Source: an uncultured Nitrospiraceae bacterium
Lineage (GTDB): Bacteria > Nitrospirota > Thermodesulfovibrionia > UBA6902
Assembly (NCBI GenBank): GCA_964347155.1
Contig: CAYFXR010000070.1
Location: 7,657-71,656, forward strand
Length of the DNA stretch: 64,000 bases
Direction: 5' to 3'
A program made the translations under genes and the position numbers. Below, in pieces: positions 56,696 through 64,000 of the stretch (its first letter is position 1; every line of letters starts with the position of its first letter). The notes under the pieces are model-generated. The model saw only the letters and a list, made by a program, of their open reading frames with translations. It was not told the DNA's origin and ran no database searches.

Positions 56696-56787
56696 AGTTA
56701 TACGTTGCAAGTTATATGTTATACGTTAAAAGAATATAAATACAAAGTGTGCGGTTCGTATAACTAATAATTTATAACATATAACTT
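56696..56787. promoter_or_regulatory. Repeated GTTATACG(TT) motifs, two direct and one inverted, in the divergent nifU / fmdB promoter region
   Basis: AAGTTATACGTTGCAAGTTATATGTTATACGTT (56696-56728) and CGTATAACTAATAATTTATAACATATAACTT (56757-56787), read directly. Confidence 0.4.
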
Positions 56788-56802
56788 TTTTTTGAGAAAA
56801 AT

Positions 56803-57084
56803 ATGCCTATATACGAGTATCAATGCACAAAATGCAATGAGAAATTTGAAGTGACACAGAAGATAACTGATGATCCTTTTACCGTGTGCAGTTTGTGCGG
56901 AGGAGAGTTGAAAAAACTCATAACGAACACATCTTTTGTACTGAAAGGCAACGGCTGGTATGTTACAGATTACCCTTCTGCTGAAAGGAAAAAAGCAATG
57001 GAGGCCAAAAAGCCTGCACCTGCCGATAAAGATAAAAAACCCGAAAAAAAGACTGAAACCAAGAAAGAAGCTGTTAAAACATAG
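56803..57084 (+). CDS. FmdB-family zinc-ribbon protein
   Basis: [17 protein letters not shown]...CSLCGG is the CxxC..CxxC signature of the FmdB/TIGR02605 family; 93 aa. Confidence 0.7.
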   Translation: MPIYEYQCTKCNEKFEVTQKITDDPFTVCSLCGGELKKLITNTSFVLKGNGWYVTDYPSAERKKAMEAKKPAPADKDKKPEKKTETKKEAVKT

Positions 57085-57869
57085 TGGCGTCCCTACAAAG
57101 TGATTACACACGCGTATACCCGCAAGTTAATATCCCTTTTGATTTATTTAATAAATATTCCTCTTTTTTAAAAAAGAACAGGTTAAACCTCGAAATTTAT
57201 TTCGGATCGAGAATGTTTGATTCTGTCACAAGGAGCGATATTATCAGGCTTAAAAATAAGCTTGATTATAATCCACAGCTTACACTCCATGCACCATATA
57301 TGGATTTATCACCCGGCGCTGTAGATTCAAAAGTGAGACAAATTACCATTGAGAGATTTACCGATGTCCTTGATTTTGCCGAAATACTTAAGCCTATAGT
57401 GATTGTTTTCCACTCGGGGTATGATAGAAAACGATATGGAGACAGGATGGATATCTGGCTTGAAGGTAGTCTCGAGACATGGAGGCCCATTAATAAAAGA
57501 GCTGCTGAAATGGGGATAAAAATTGCCATAGAGAACGTGTTCGAGGATGAGCCAGAAAATCTCAGACTTTTGGTGGAAGAAATGGATTCGAAAAATTTCG
57601 GATTATGTTTTGATACCGGTCACTTTAATATGTTCTCGAAATTGCCCCTTTCAGAATGGCTTGGATTGATAAGGCCGTATATCATAGAACTCCATCTTCA
57701 CGACAATTCAAGATATGCGGATCAGCATCTTGCTATTGGAGACGGGGACTTTGATTTTACAACTTTATTCAGGGAACTGAAAGGTATAGACTGTGTATAT
57801 ACAATTGAGGCACAAACGGTTGAAGGTGTAAAGAAGAGTCTGGAACGACTGAAGGAATATCTAAAATAA
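57084..57869 (+). CDS. Sugar phosphate isomerase/epimerase (xylose isomerase-like TIM barrel)
   Basis: 261 aa. Pattern resembles the AP-endonuclease-2/xylose-isomerase-like barrel (IAIENVFED..., FDTGHFNMF, LHLHDN). Confidence 0.5.
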   Translation: MASLQSDYTRVYPQVNIPFDLFNKYSSFLKKNRLNLEIYFGSRMFDSVTRSDIIRLKNKLDYNPQLTLHAPYMDLSPGAVDSKVRQITIERFTDVLDFAEILKPIVIVFHSGYDRKRYGDRMDIWLEGSLETWRPINKRAAEMGIKIAIENVFEDEPENLRLLVEEMDSKNFGLCFDTGHFNMFSKLPLSEWLGLIRPYIIELHLHDNSRYADQHLAIGDGDFDFTTLFRELKGIDCVYTIEAQTVEGVKKSLERLKEYLK

Positions 57870-57881
57870 AAGGATCTAATT

Positions 57882-59057
57882 TTAAAGATTTCCCCTCAGA
57901 TTTCTCATCGAGAATCCTCTTAACTCGGGTAGGCCATCGCCTTTAAACTGAATCATAACGCTATGTGATTCGCCCATTCCCTGAGGCATGATTAACCCTT
58001 TAATTTTTGAAATCTCGGACAAATAATCAGCAGAATGAAAATATAGTTCGATAATGACTTCATCTATGCCTGATGCTGCAAGAAATGTTCCCTGAGAACA
58101 ATAGCCTATCGTTTTTAGTCCGAGCTCATCTCCCCACAGCTTAAGTGATGAAAAATTTACATGTGCAGTAATATCCTGTTCCCCAATATGCTGGTAGGGA
58201 TTTTCATTATAAAGATGTCTGTGATAACAGAGCAGGGTGCCTTTTATACGGTCTTCGCTATAATATTCTTTTGAAGAATATCCATAGTCAATTGTAAGAA
58301 GAAAGCCGGTTGATAATATCGAGTTTAATTCTTCAAGCCAGTTTCTTATTCTCAGGTTTATTTCTGTCCGATAACCCGGATGAAGATTAATAGAAAATTG
58401 ACTGATGTAATCTACTATTTCCTGAGAACTCACTTTATTTTTTTCTTCCAGAAGTTCTTTGCCTTTAAAAGTTACATAAATTTCTTTTAAGTCATCTTCC
58501 ATCTCAACAAGATGCACGGGAAATGCATCAAGCAACTCATTTGAAAAAATACAGCCCTTGATTCCTCTATTAAAGTCTTTTAAGGATTTCACCCATGTTA
58601 TTTTTTCTGAAACCTTTCCTAGAAGTTCTTTTTGCCTTTTTTCAAAATGTGAATAAGGCTCGACAATTACATATCTTAATGACCTCATGAAACTGGTTTT
58701 ATTTTTTGAAAGGGATAAGTCTTCAGAGGGCTCATATAAATAGTCAAGAATATCTTTGCACAAATACCCAACCCCTGCACCCATTTCAACAGCCTGGAAG
58801 TCAGAAGGTTGTCCCATTAATTCCCACATTTCCATTAGCTGTCTTCCTATCATTGCACCGAATATGGGGTGTAAATGCGGGCTGGTATAAAAATCTCCTT
58901 CCCGTCCTATTGTAGTTTGTGGAGACGAGTAATACCCCAGTTCAGGATAATAAAGCGATATATCCATAAATTGCTCAAAAGTGACGGGCCCTTTGTTTTT
59001 GATTTTTTCAATAATTATTTCTTCAAGCGGATTCATTATGAAATAAGTATAATCCAA
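57882..59057 (-). CDS. Class I SAM-dependent methyltransferase, MidA/DUF185 family
   Basis: PVTFEQFMDISLYYPELGYYSS N-terminal region and glycine-rich motif VEMGAGVGYL; 391 aa. Confidence 0.6.
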   Translation of the reverse strand: MDYTYFIMNPLEEIIIEKIKNKGPVTFEQFMDISLYYPELGYYSSPQTTIGREGDFYTSPHLHPIFGAMIGRQLMEMWELMGQPSDFQAVEMGAGVGYLCKDILDYLYEPSEDLSLSKNKTSFMRSLRYVIVEPYSHFEKRQKELLGKVSEKITWVKSLKDFNRGIKGCIFSNELLDAFPVHLVEMEDDLKEIYVTFKGKELLEEKNKVSSQEIVDYISQFSINLHPGYRTEINLRIRNWLEELNSILSTGFLLTIDYGYSSKEYYSEDRIKGTLLCYHRHLYNENPYQHIGEQDITAHVNFSSLKLWGDELGLKTIGYCSQGTFLAASGIDEVIIELYFHSADYLSEISKIKGLIMPQGMGESHSVMIQFKGDGLPELRGFSMRNLRGNL

Positions 59058-59202
59058 ATTGATAGATTCTTTATATCAAAATCGAAAAGACATTTTCGGG
59101 TCAATGATGCTCTTAATTGCTGTAAACATAGAATCGCTCAATTAGGTTATAATTTAAACATTCGGGATATCTTTAATTTGTCTGGCAAAATGATGAAACA
59201 TG

Positions 59203-59852
59203 CTGTAATTTTCGACATGGACGGTGTGCTTGTGGATACAGAGCCGATATATTTCGGTATCAGCAGGCGATTGTTCAGTTTTCTAGGTTTCAGGATCCCT
59301 TTGGAGGAGCATTATACATTTGTAGGTATTTCAGCAACAGAGATGTGGGGAAAGCTGCATAAGAAGTTTAATCTGGGACAATCAGTCGGGGATTTGATGG
59401 CCCTTGAGAAACAAGAGCAATATCGGGAACTGAGTGCAATTACATCGCTTCCGCCGATAGAAGGGATACCGGCATTACTGGAGACTCTGCTAGACCGTCA
59501 GATCAATCTCTCGATTGCCTCATCGTCACCAAAAAAGATTGTTGATTTGATTCTTGAGAAAACAAATCTCGCATCATTCTTTAATGTGATTGTAAGCGGT
59601 GAGGAAGTTATGAGGGGAAAACCATATCCTGATATTTTTTTAAAGTCATCAAAAAGGCTGCACGTTTCACCTGCGGATTGCGTGGTTATTGAGGACTCAA
59701 CGCATGGAATCGTGGGCGCAAAAGCAGCATGAATGAAATGTATAGGATTTCAAAATCTGAACTCGGGGAACCAGGACCTGTCCAGTGCTGATCTTGTTAT
59801 TAACGATTTCTCAGGGAGCAGTAGAAAAAAGGTATTAGGACTGTTGAACTAG
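59203..59852 (+). pseudogene. HAD-IA family hydrolase (beta-phosphoglucomutase-like) interrupted by an in-frame TGA at 59733-59735
   Basis: MMKHAVIFDMDGVLVDTEPIY (DxDG motif I) ...GIVGAKAA then TGA. The same frame continues MKCIGFQNLNSGNQDLSSADLVINDFS to a TAG at 59850. HAD-IA proteins normally read ...AAGM.., so the TGA replaces an expected Gly (GGA). Confidence 0.6.
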
Positions 59853-59937
59853 GGTACCATGGCTCTTTTGAACCTCTGTAATTTCGTATTTCCGAACTTT
59901 CCTGCTGATAGCTGTTTGCTGAAAGCTGATAGCCGAT

Positions 59938-60924
59938 CTACTTCACTTCCAGCATCCTGTCAAGTGCTCTTTTAGCGGGTATCCTTATGTCTTCATGGAC
60001 TTTAATTTTATAAGTCATTGTTTCAAAAGCATGCAACACACTGTTAAGGGAAGTCCTTTTCATATTCGGGCAAATCATGTCTTTTCTGAGTGGATAAAAA
60101 ATTTTATCAGGATTGTTTTTTCTTAACCCATAGAGTAGACCTGTTTCCGTACCAATTATAAATTCCTTGGCGTCTGAGGATTTTGCATACCTGAGCATGC
60201 CTGAAGTGCTTGTTACATGATCTGCTTTTTCGAGAACTTCCATCCTGCATTCAGGATGTGCAAGTACTAATGCATCGGGATGTTCCTGTCTTGCATTGTC
60301 TACATCTGCCACAGTAACTCTGTCATGCACATGACAAAAACCATCCCATGCTATTACTTCTTTTTTTGTATTTCTTGCGATCCATGCTGAAAGATTTCTG
60401 TCAGGTACGCATATCACTTTATAGGTGTCGAGTGATTCCACAATTTTTACACCATTGGCAGATGTACAGCATATATCACTCTCAGATTTAACGTCCGCTG
60501 TAGTATTAACATATGTTACCACAGGTATACCGGGATGGAGCCTTTTCATATCTTTTAGAGTAAAATCGACCGGATACATATATCCACCTGTATATTCATA
60601 ACCGGGGAAGTAGTTTTTTAAATTTCTTTTACCGCTGATTGTTATCATATCAGCCATCGGACAGCAGGCTGTATTCTCTGGCAGCAGAACTGTTTTTTCA
60701 GGAGAGAGGATTGATGCACTTTCAGCCATAAAGTTTACTCCGCAGAAAACAATGACATCACATTTTATTGAAGCTGCTGTACGGGAAAGTTCCAAAGAAT
60801 CACCTGTAAAATCAGCAATATCCTGTACTTCCTGTCGCTGGTAATTATGGGCGAGGATTATGGCGTTCTTTTCTTCTTTTTGCTTCAGTATTTTTTCACG
60901 CAGTCCTTCAGTATCTTTCATCAA
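59938..60924 (-). CDS. nadA: Quinolinate synthase
   Basis: AIILAHNYQRQEVQDIADFTGDSLELSR N-terminal region and conserved cysteines of NadA; 328 aa. Confidence 0.75.
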   Translation of the reverse strand: MMKDTEGLREKILKQKEEKNAIILAHNYQRQEVQDIADFTGDSLELSRTAASIKCDVIVFCGVNFMAESASILSPEKTVLLPENTACCPMADMITISGKRNLKNYFPGYEYTGGYMYPVDFTLKDMKRLHPGIPVVTYVNTTADVKSESDICCTSANGVKIVESLDTYKVICVPDRNLSAWIARNTKKEVIAWDGFCHVHDRVTVADVDNARQEHPDALVLAHPECRMEVLEKADHVTSTSGMLRYAKSSDAKEFIIGTETGLLYGLRKNNPDKIFYPLRKDMICPNMKRTSLNSVLHAFETMTYKIKVHEDIRIPAKRALDRMLEVK

Positions 60925-60954
60925 ACTACTATTTTAGATTTTTTTTTGAAAATT

Positions 60955-61611
60955 TTAAAGCTTGAACTGTTTGTATAGTGAGGGGTTATTCGTAAAAAGG
61001 ACGGTTCCATCTTCAAGAGTAACCTTGTAGATTTTCACTGGTTTTTTACTATGAGAATTTTTATAAATATAGAGAACATTCTTGACAAACTGTTTCGTCT
61101 CGGTAAAAGATGGTATTCCCTTGGATTTTTCTACTGCTGAAGGCCCTGCATTATACGCCGCAAGTGCAAGTTGTACGTCCCCGTTGAATCTGTCAAGAAG
61201 CTGTTTCAGATATCTCGTGCCGCCTTCGATATTTTCTTCGGGATCAAATGGATTTTTAATGTGCATATCCCTGGCAGTTGAGGGCATTAACTGCATAAGA
61301 CCAATGGCGCCTTTTTTCGATACAGCATTTTTATCCCAGTTGGATTCTGCTGTTATGAGTGCCTTTATGATTGCCGGTTCGATATTGTATTTATCCGATT
61401 TGCTTTTGATTAATTGATCGTAATTACTGCCGGATCTGGCAGATTCAACTATAATTGTCTCATATTCCCCGTCCGGGAGACTGTTGGTGTAGTGAGTAAC
61501 TCCGTTTTCATCAACATATTTATAGATATCCGCATCGGATGTGATAACAATAATAAAAAAAGCGATAACTGTGCCTGGAAAAATAATTTTCTTCATTAAA
61601 AAATATATCAT
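60955..61611 (-). CDS. Lytic transglycosylase domain protein (Slt-type, secreted)
   Basis: Signal peptide. Catalytic region IKALITAESNWDKNAVSKKGAIGLMQLMPSTA (ES..GLMQ motif); 218 aa. Confidence 0.65.
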   Translation of the reverse strand: MIYFLMKKIIFPGTVIAFFIIVITSDADIYKYVDENGVTHYTNSLPDGEYETIIVESARSGSNYDQLIKSKSDKYNIEPAIIKALITAESNWDKNAVSKKGAIGLMQLMPSTARDMHIKNPFDPEENIEGGTRYLKQLLDRFNGDVQLALAAYNAGPSAVEKSKGIPSFTETKQFVKNVLYIYKNSHSKKPVKIYKVTLEDGTVLFTNNPSLYKQFKL

Positions 61612-61904
61612 GCTGATGTAATTATGGTCAATTTTTACTATTTTATACGGAAAAAAACAGGTAAATATTAACAGATGGACTTTTTGAAAAATGACAGTGT
61701 GAAAAATTATTGATTTAACTGTGTGATATAATTAATCTCTGTCTTTTTAAGTAAATTAACAGCTTGGGGTTAAATGAAAAAATTTAACCCTTAGCCAGGA
61801 GCGGTTCAGGGTTGAATTAAATATTAAATATTAAATATTAAATATAGTTGTTGGTTGTTAGATGTTAATCTGAAAATAAAAACAAACAACTGAAAACTTC
61901 TCTC

Positions 61905-63215
61905 ATGAGAAAATCTATCATTACAATTGTGGGAAGACCAAATGTGGGGAAATCAACCCTTTTTAACAGGATGGTAGGCAAACGGCATGCTGTTATAGAG
62001 GATTCCCCCGGTATAACAAGGGACAGGCTTTATGGGGAAGCCCGGTGGGAAGATAAATCCTTTTTGGTTGTAGATACAGGAGGATTCCGGCATGAGCCTG
62101 AGGAGGATATTATCGGGGAAGTGAGAAAACAGGTGTTCCTGGCAGTAGAAGAAGCAGATATTATTATTTTGTTAATGGATGCTGAAAGCGGGATCTTGCC
62201 TTTGGATATTGAGTTAATCGATACACTGAGGAAATATGGAAAAAGAATCTTTTATGCAGTCAATAAAATTGACGGACCAAAAAAGGAGAATGCCCTTTAT
62301 GATTTTTATCGCCTGGGTGTTGAGCTATTTCCCCTATCTGCCCTTAATGGGTATGGATATGAAACTCTTATGGAAAACATTTCATCATTGCTGCCGGTAA
62401 GTAGGGAGGAAAAATCCGAATATCCAAAGATTGCAATCGTGGGAAGGCCAAATGTTGGGAAATCAACCCTTGTGAATTCCCTCCTCAGCAAGGAAAGGAT
62501 GATTGTCAGCCCAATTCCAGGGACAACAAGGGATGCGGTAGACTCAATCTGTTCTTTCTATAAAAAGAAATATATTATTATAGATACAGCCGGAATACGA
62601 AGAAAAGGCAAGATGGCAAAATCGGTTGAAAGATACTCATTTATAAGAACAATGAGGAATATTGAAGATTGCGATGTTGCCTTGATAGTTATCGATGCAT
62701 CAGAGGGAGTTGTAGAGCTGGATCAGAAAATAGCAGGTTTTGTTCATACCGCAGGGAAAGGGTCGATTATTCTCCTGAATAAGTGGGATCTTGTTGATAA
62801 AAGCTCATTGTCGTTAGATAAAGCACAGGAGCAGGTATATCAAGAGCTCTGGTTTATGCGGTATGCTCCGATCTTGACCACATCAGCAATAAGCAAAAAA
62901 AGAGTTACGAAGATTTTTCGTTTGATTGATCGGATAATGACAGAGAGTGTAAAGAGAATCAGTACACATGAGCTGAATGTGTTTCTCAGGGATGCCCTTG
63001 GAATGCGGGAACTTCCATTATATCGTGGCAAAAGGGTCAAAATATATTATATTGCACAGATTAAGTCAAACCCGCCTGGTTTTGTAATATTCACAAATAG
63101 AAAAGAAGGGATAAAAGAACAGTATATTAAATTTCTGGAAAATCAGTTAAGGGCGCGTTTTGCATTTGAAGGGGTTCCTGTAGAATTTTATGTAAGACAG
63201 AGAAAGCAAAGATAA
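61905..63215 (+). CDS. der: Ribosome-associated GTPase Der/EngA (tandem GTPase domains plus KH-like domain)
   Basis: Two G domains, each with GRPNVGKSTL and DTAG/DTGG motifs; 436 aa. Confidence 0.85.
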   Translation: MRKSIITIVGRPNVGKSTLFNRMVGKRHAVIEDSPGITRDRLYGEARWEDKSFLVVDTGGFRHEPEEDIIGEVRKQVFLAVEEADIIILLMDAESGILPLDIELIDTLRKYGKRIFYAVNKIDGPKKENALYDFYRLGVELFPLSALNGYGYETLMENISSLLPVSREEKSEYPKIAIVGRPNVGKSTLVNSLLSKERMIVSPIPGTTRDAVDSICSFYKKKYIIIDTAGIRRKGKMAKSVERYSFIRTMRNIEDCDVALIVIDASEGVVELDQKIAGFVHTAGKGSIILLNKWDLVDKSSLSLDKAQEQVYQELWFMRYAPILTTSAISKKRVTKIFRLIDRIMTESVKRISTHELNVFLRDALGMRELPLYRGKRVKIYYIAQIKSNPPGFVIFTNRKEGIKEQYIKFLENQLRARFAFEGVPVEFYVRQRKQR

Positions 63216-63279
63216 ATCGGGCAGAAGGTAAGCAAAAACTAAAGGGAAAAAATTATCATCCGATTAATTAAGTTAAAAA

Positions 63280-64000
63280 ATGTATATAATAAAGCCTCTC
63301 GGTAACAGTTTAACGTCTTTTTTTAGAAATGAGTGTTTTTATCTGGCTGCATCAATAGCATATTTTCTCATCGTGTCTCTGGTGCCTTTGGGACTGTTAA
63401 TTGTTGCATTCTTTGGCTATATGCTCGGTGGGAATCAGGAGCTCTATCGATTTCTCCTTTCAAAGTTGATCGGTTTTTTCCCTGCAGTTACATCAGGGAT
63501 TACCAATGAGCTCAGGAATTTAATTACCTATAAGGGAATTAGCATGATAACTTTTTTTATTTACGGTTTCCTCGCCTTGCAGCTTTTCTATTCTGTAGAG
63601 CATGCAATGAACGTGATATTCAAAGTTCCCAAAAAAAGACATTTCCTTTTATCGTTGTTCTGGACTATTTTTATCGTCACACTTGTAATAATTTTCTGGC
63701 TTCTTTCTTTTACTGTAAGTTCGATTGCCGGAGTGTTTAGACAACATCCAATGAATGTATTCGGGATTCAAATTGGTTACAGGGCTGCTATATTACTAAA
63801 ATATGTAGCGCCCTTTGTGCTTGTTTTATTGACATTTACTACCGTTTATAAAATTGTGCCGAGAGTAAAAGTCTCATTAAGAGATGCATTTTCAGGGGCA
63901 CTCCTTGTTACGGTAATGTGGGAATTAGCCAAACATTTCTTTACGTGGTCTGTCAAAAATATTGCCTTTATCGGTACTATATATGGTTCGTTAACCACGT
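63280..64000 (+). CDS. YihY/BrkB-family membrane protein. The 3' end runs off the window edge.
   Basis: Hand translation from the ATG at 63280 (MYIIKPLGNSLTSFFRNECFYLAASIAYFLIVSLVPLGLL...) stays open to position 64000. The N-terminal motif is typical of the YihY/RNase BN-like family. Confidence 0.55.
   Translation, partial: MYIIKPLGNSLTSFFRNECFYLAASIAYFLIVSLVPLGLLIVAFFGYMLGGNQELYRFLLSKLIGFFPAVTSGITNELRNLITYKGISMITFFIYGFLALQLFYSVEHAMNVIFKVPKKRHFLLSLFWTIFIVTLVIIFWLLSFTVSSIAGVFRQHPMNVFGIQIGYRAAILLKYVAPFVLVLLTFTTVYKIVPRVKVSLRDAFSGALLVTVMWELAKHFFTWSVKNIAFIGTIYGSLTT

Noticed and set aside
1-64000. Possibility that UGA (or UAG) is reassigned as a sense codon, given the three in-frame stops
   Set aside because: TGA terminates clearly complete genes here, for example copZ at 11057-11059 and the cupin gene at 10710-10712. 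Most long ORFs in the window contain no internal stops. Only three genes are affected, and they use two different stop codons. Local mutation or base-call error explains the observations better.
1-64000. CRISPR arrays, rRNA or tRNA genes
   Set aside because: No regularly spaced 25-40-bp direct repeats with unique spacers were seen. The tandem repeats present are 6-7-mers or dispersed hairpins. No T-loop (GTTCRANYC) with cloverleaf context or rRNA-like conserved blocks were recognised by eye. A tRNAscan/Infernal run is needed to be certain.

Overview
This is a gene-dense bacterial chromosomal segment, AT-rich by eye, with standard stop-codon usage. I could not assign a taxon. It looks like an anaerobe, judging by NfnAB-like subunits, NifU/NifS, a multihaem cytochrome c and a PEP-CTERM protein. 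All calls below come from reading the six-frame translations and from motifs I recognise. No database search was run.

Coding content runs from a truncated radical-SAM fusion gene at the left edge to a truncated YihY/BrkB membrane protein at the right edge. In between are a GalU-like nucleotidyltransferase, NfnB/NfnA-like subunits, ComF, ApgM-type phosphoglycerate mutase, argF-argD, CopZ, an NDP-sugar dehydrogenase and a geranylgeranyl-reductase-like flavoprotein. Next come a NupC-like transporter, a PEP-CTERM protein, and a GldA/GldF/GldG-like ABC-2 cluster followed by a DUF4340-like gene. After these come a second ABC-2 pair, a two-HMA-domain CopA, and many c-di-GMP genes. These are three HD-GYP proteins (two are DUF3391 paralogs), a CBS-GGDEF cyclase and a YajQ homolog. 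The remaining genes are an FKBP isomerase, a CysE-CysS single ORF, an ADP-ribosylglycohydrolase, a HigB/HigA-like toxin-antitoxin pair, a four-helix-bundle protein, a MalK-like ATPase, U32 peptidase, a GT-A glycosyltransferase, a CheY-like receiver, nifU-nifS, an FmdB zinc ribbon, a MidA-like methyltransferase, nadA, a lytic transglycosylase and der.

Non-coding content is unusually rich.
- A roughly 178-bp repeat family has 15-bp terminal inverted repeats (ACCCAAATAATGCAG...CTGCATTATTTG..GGGTT). It has five full copies, one of them inverted, plus partial and TIR-only mini-palindromes at gene ends. I read it as a MITE-like element.
- There are two further small hairpin-repeat families.
- A GC-rich segment of about 200 nt at 31901-32102 has a closing helix, mutually exclusive pairings and a GAAA-loop hairpin. 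It is a candidate riboswitch-like RNA of unknown class.
- A 520-bp GC-rich non-coding island at 43560-44077 carries 21-bp direct repeats and terminator-like hairpins.
- Several candidate operators and bidirectional terminators are present.

Three otherwise intact genes carry single in-frame stops: a GldG-like gene (TGA), an ankyrin gene (TAG) and a HAD hydrolase gene (TGA where Gly is expected). Recoding is unlikely because TGA ends normal genes here (copZ, the cupin gene). Pseudogenisation or base-call errors are more likely.

No rRNA, tRNA, CRISPR array or transposase gene was recognised.
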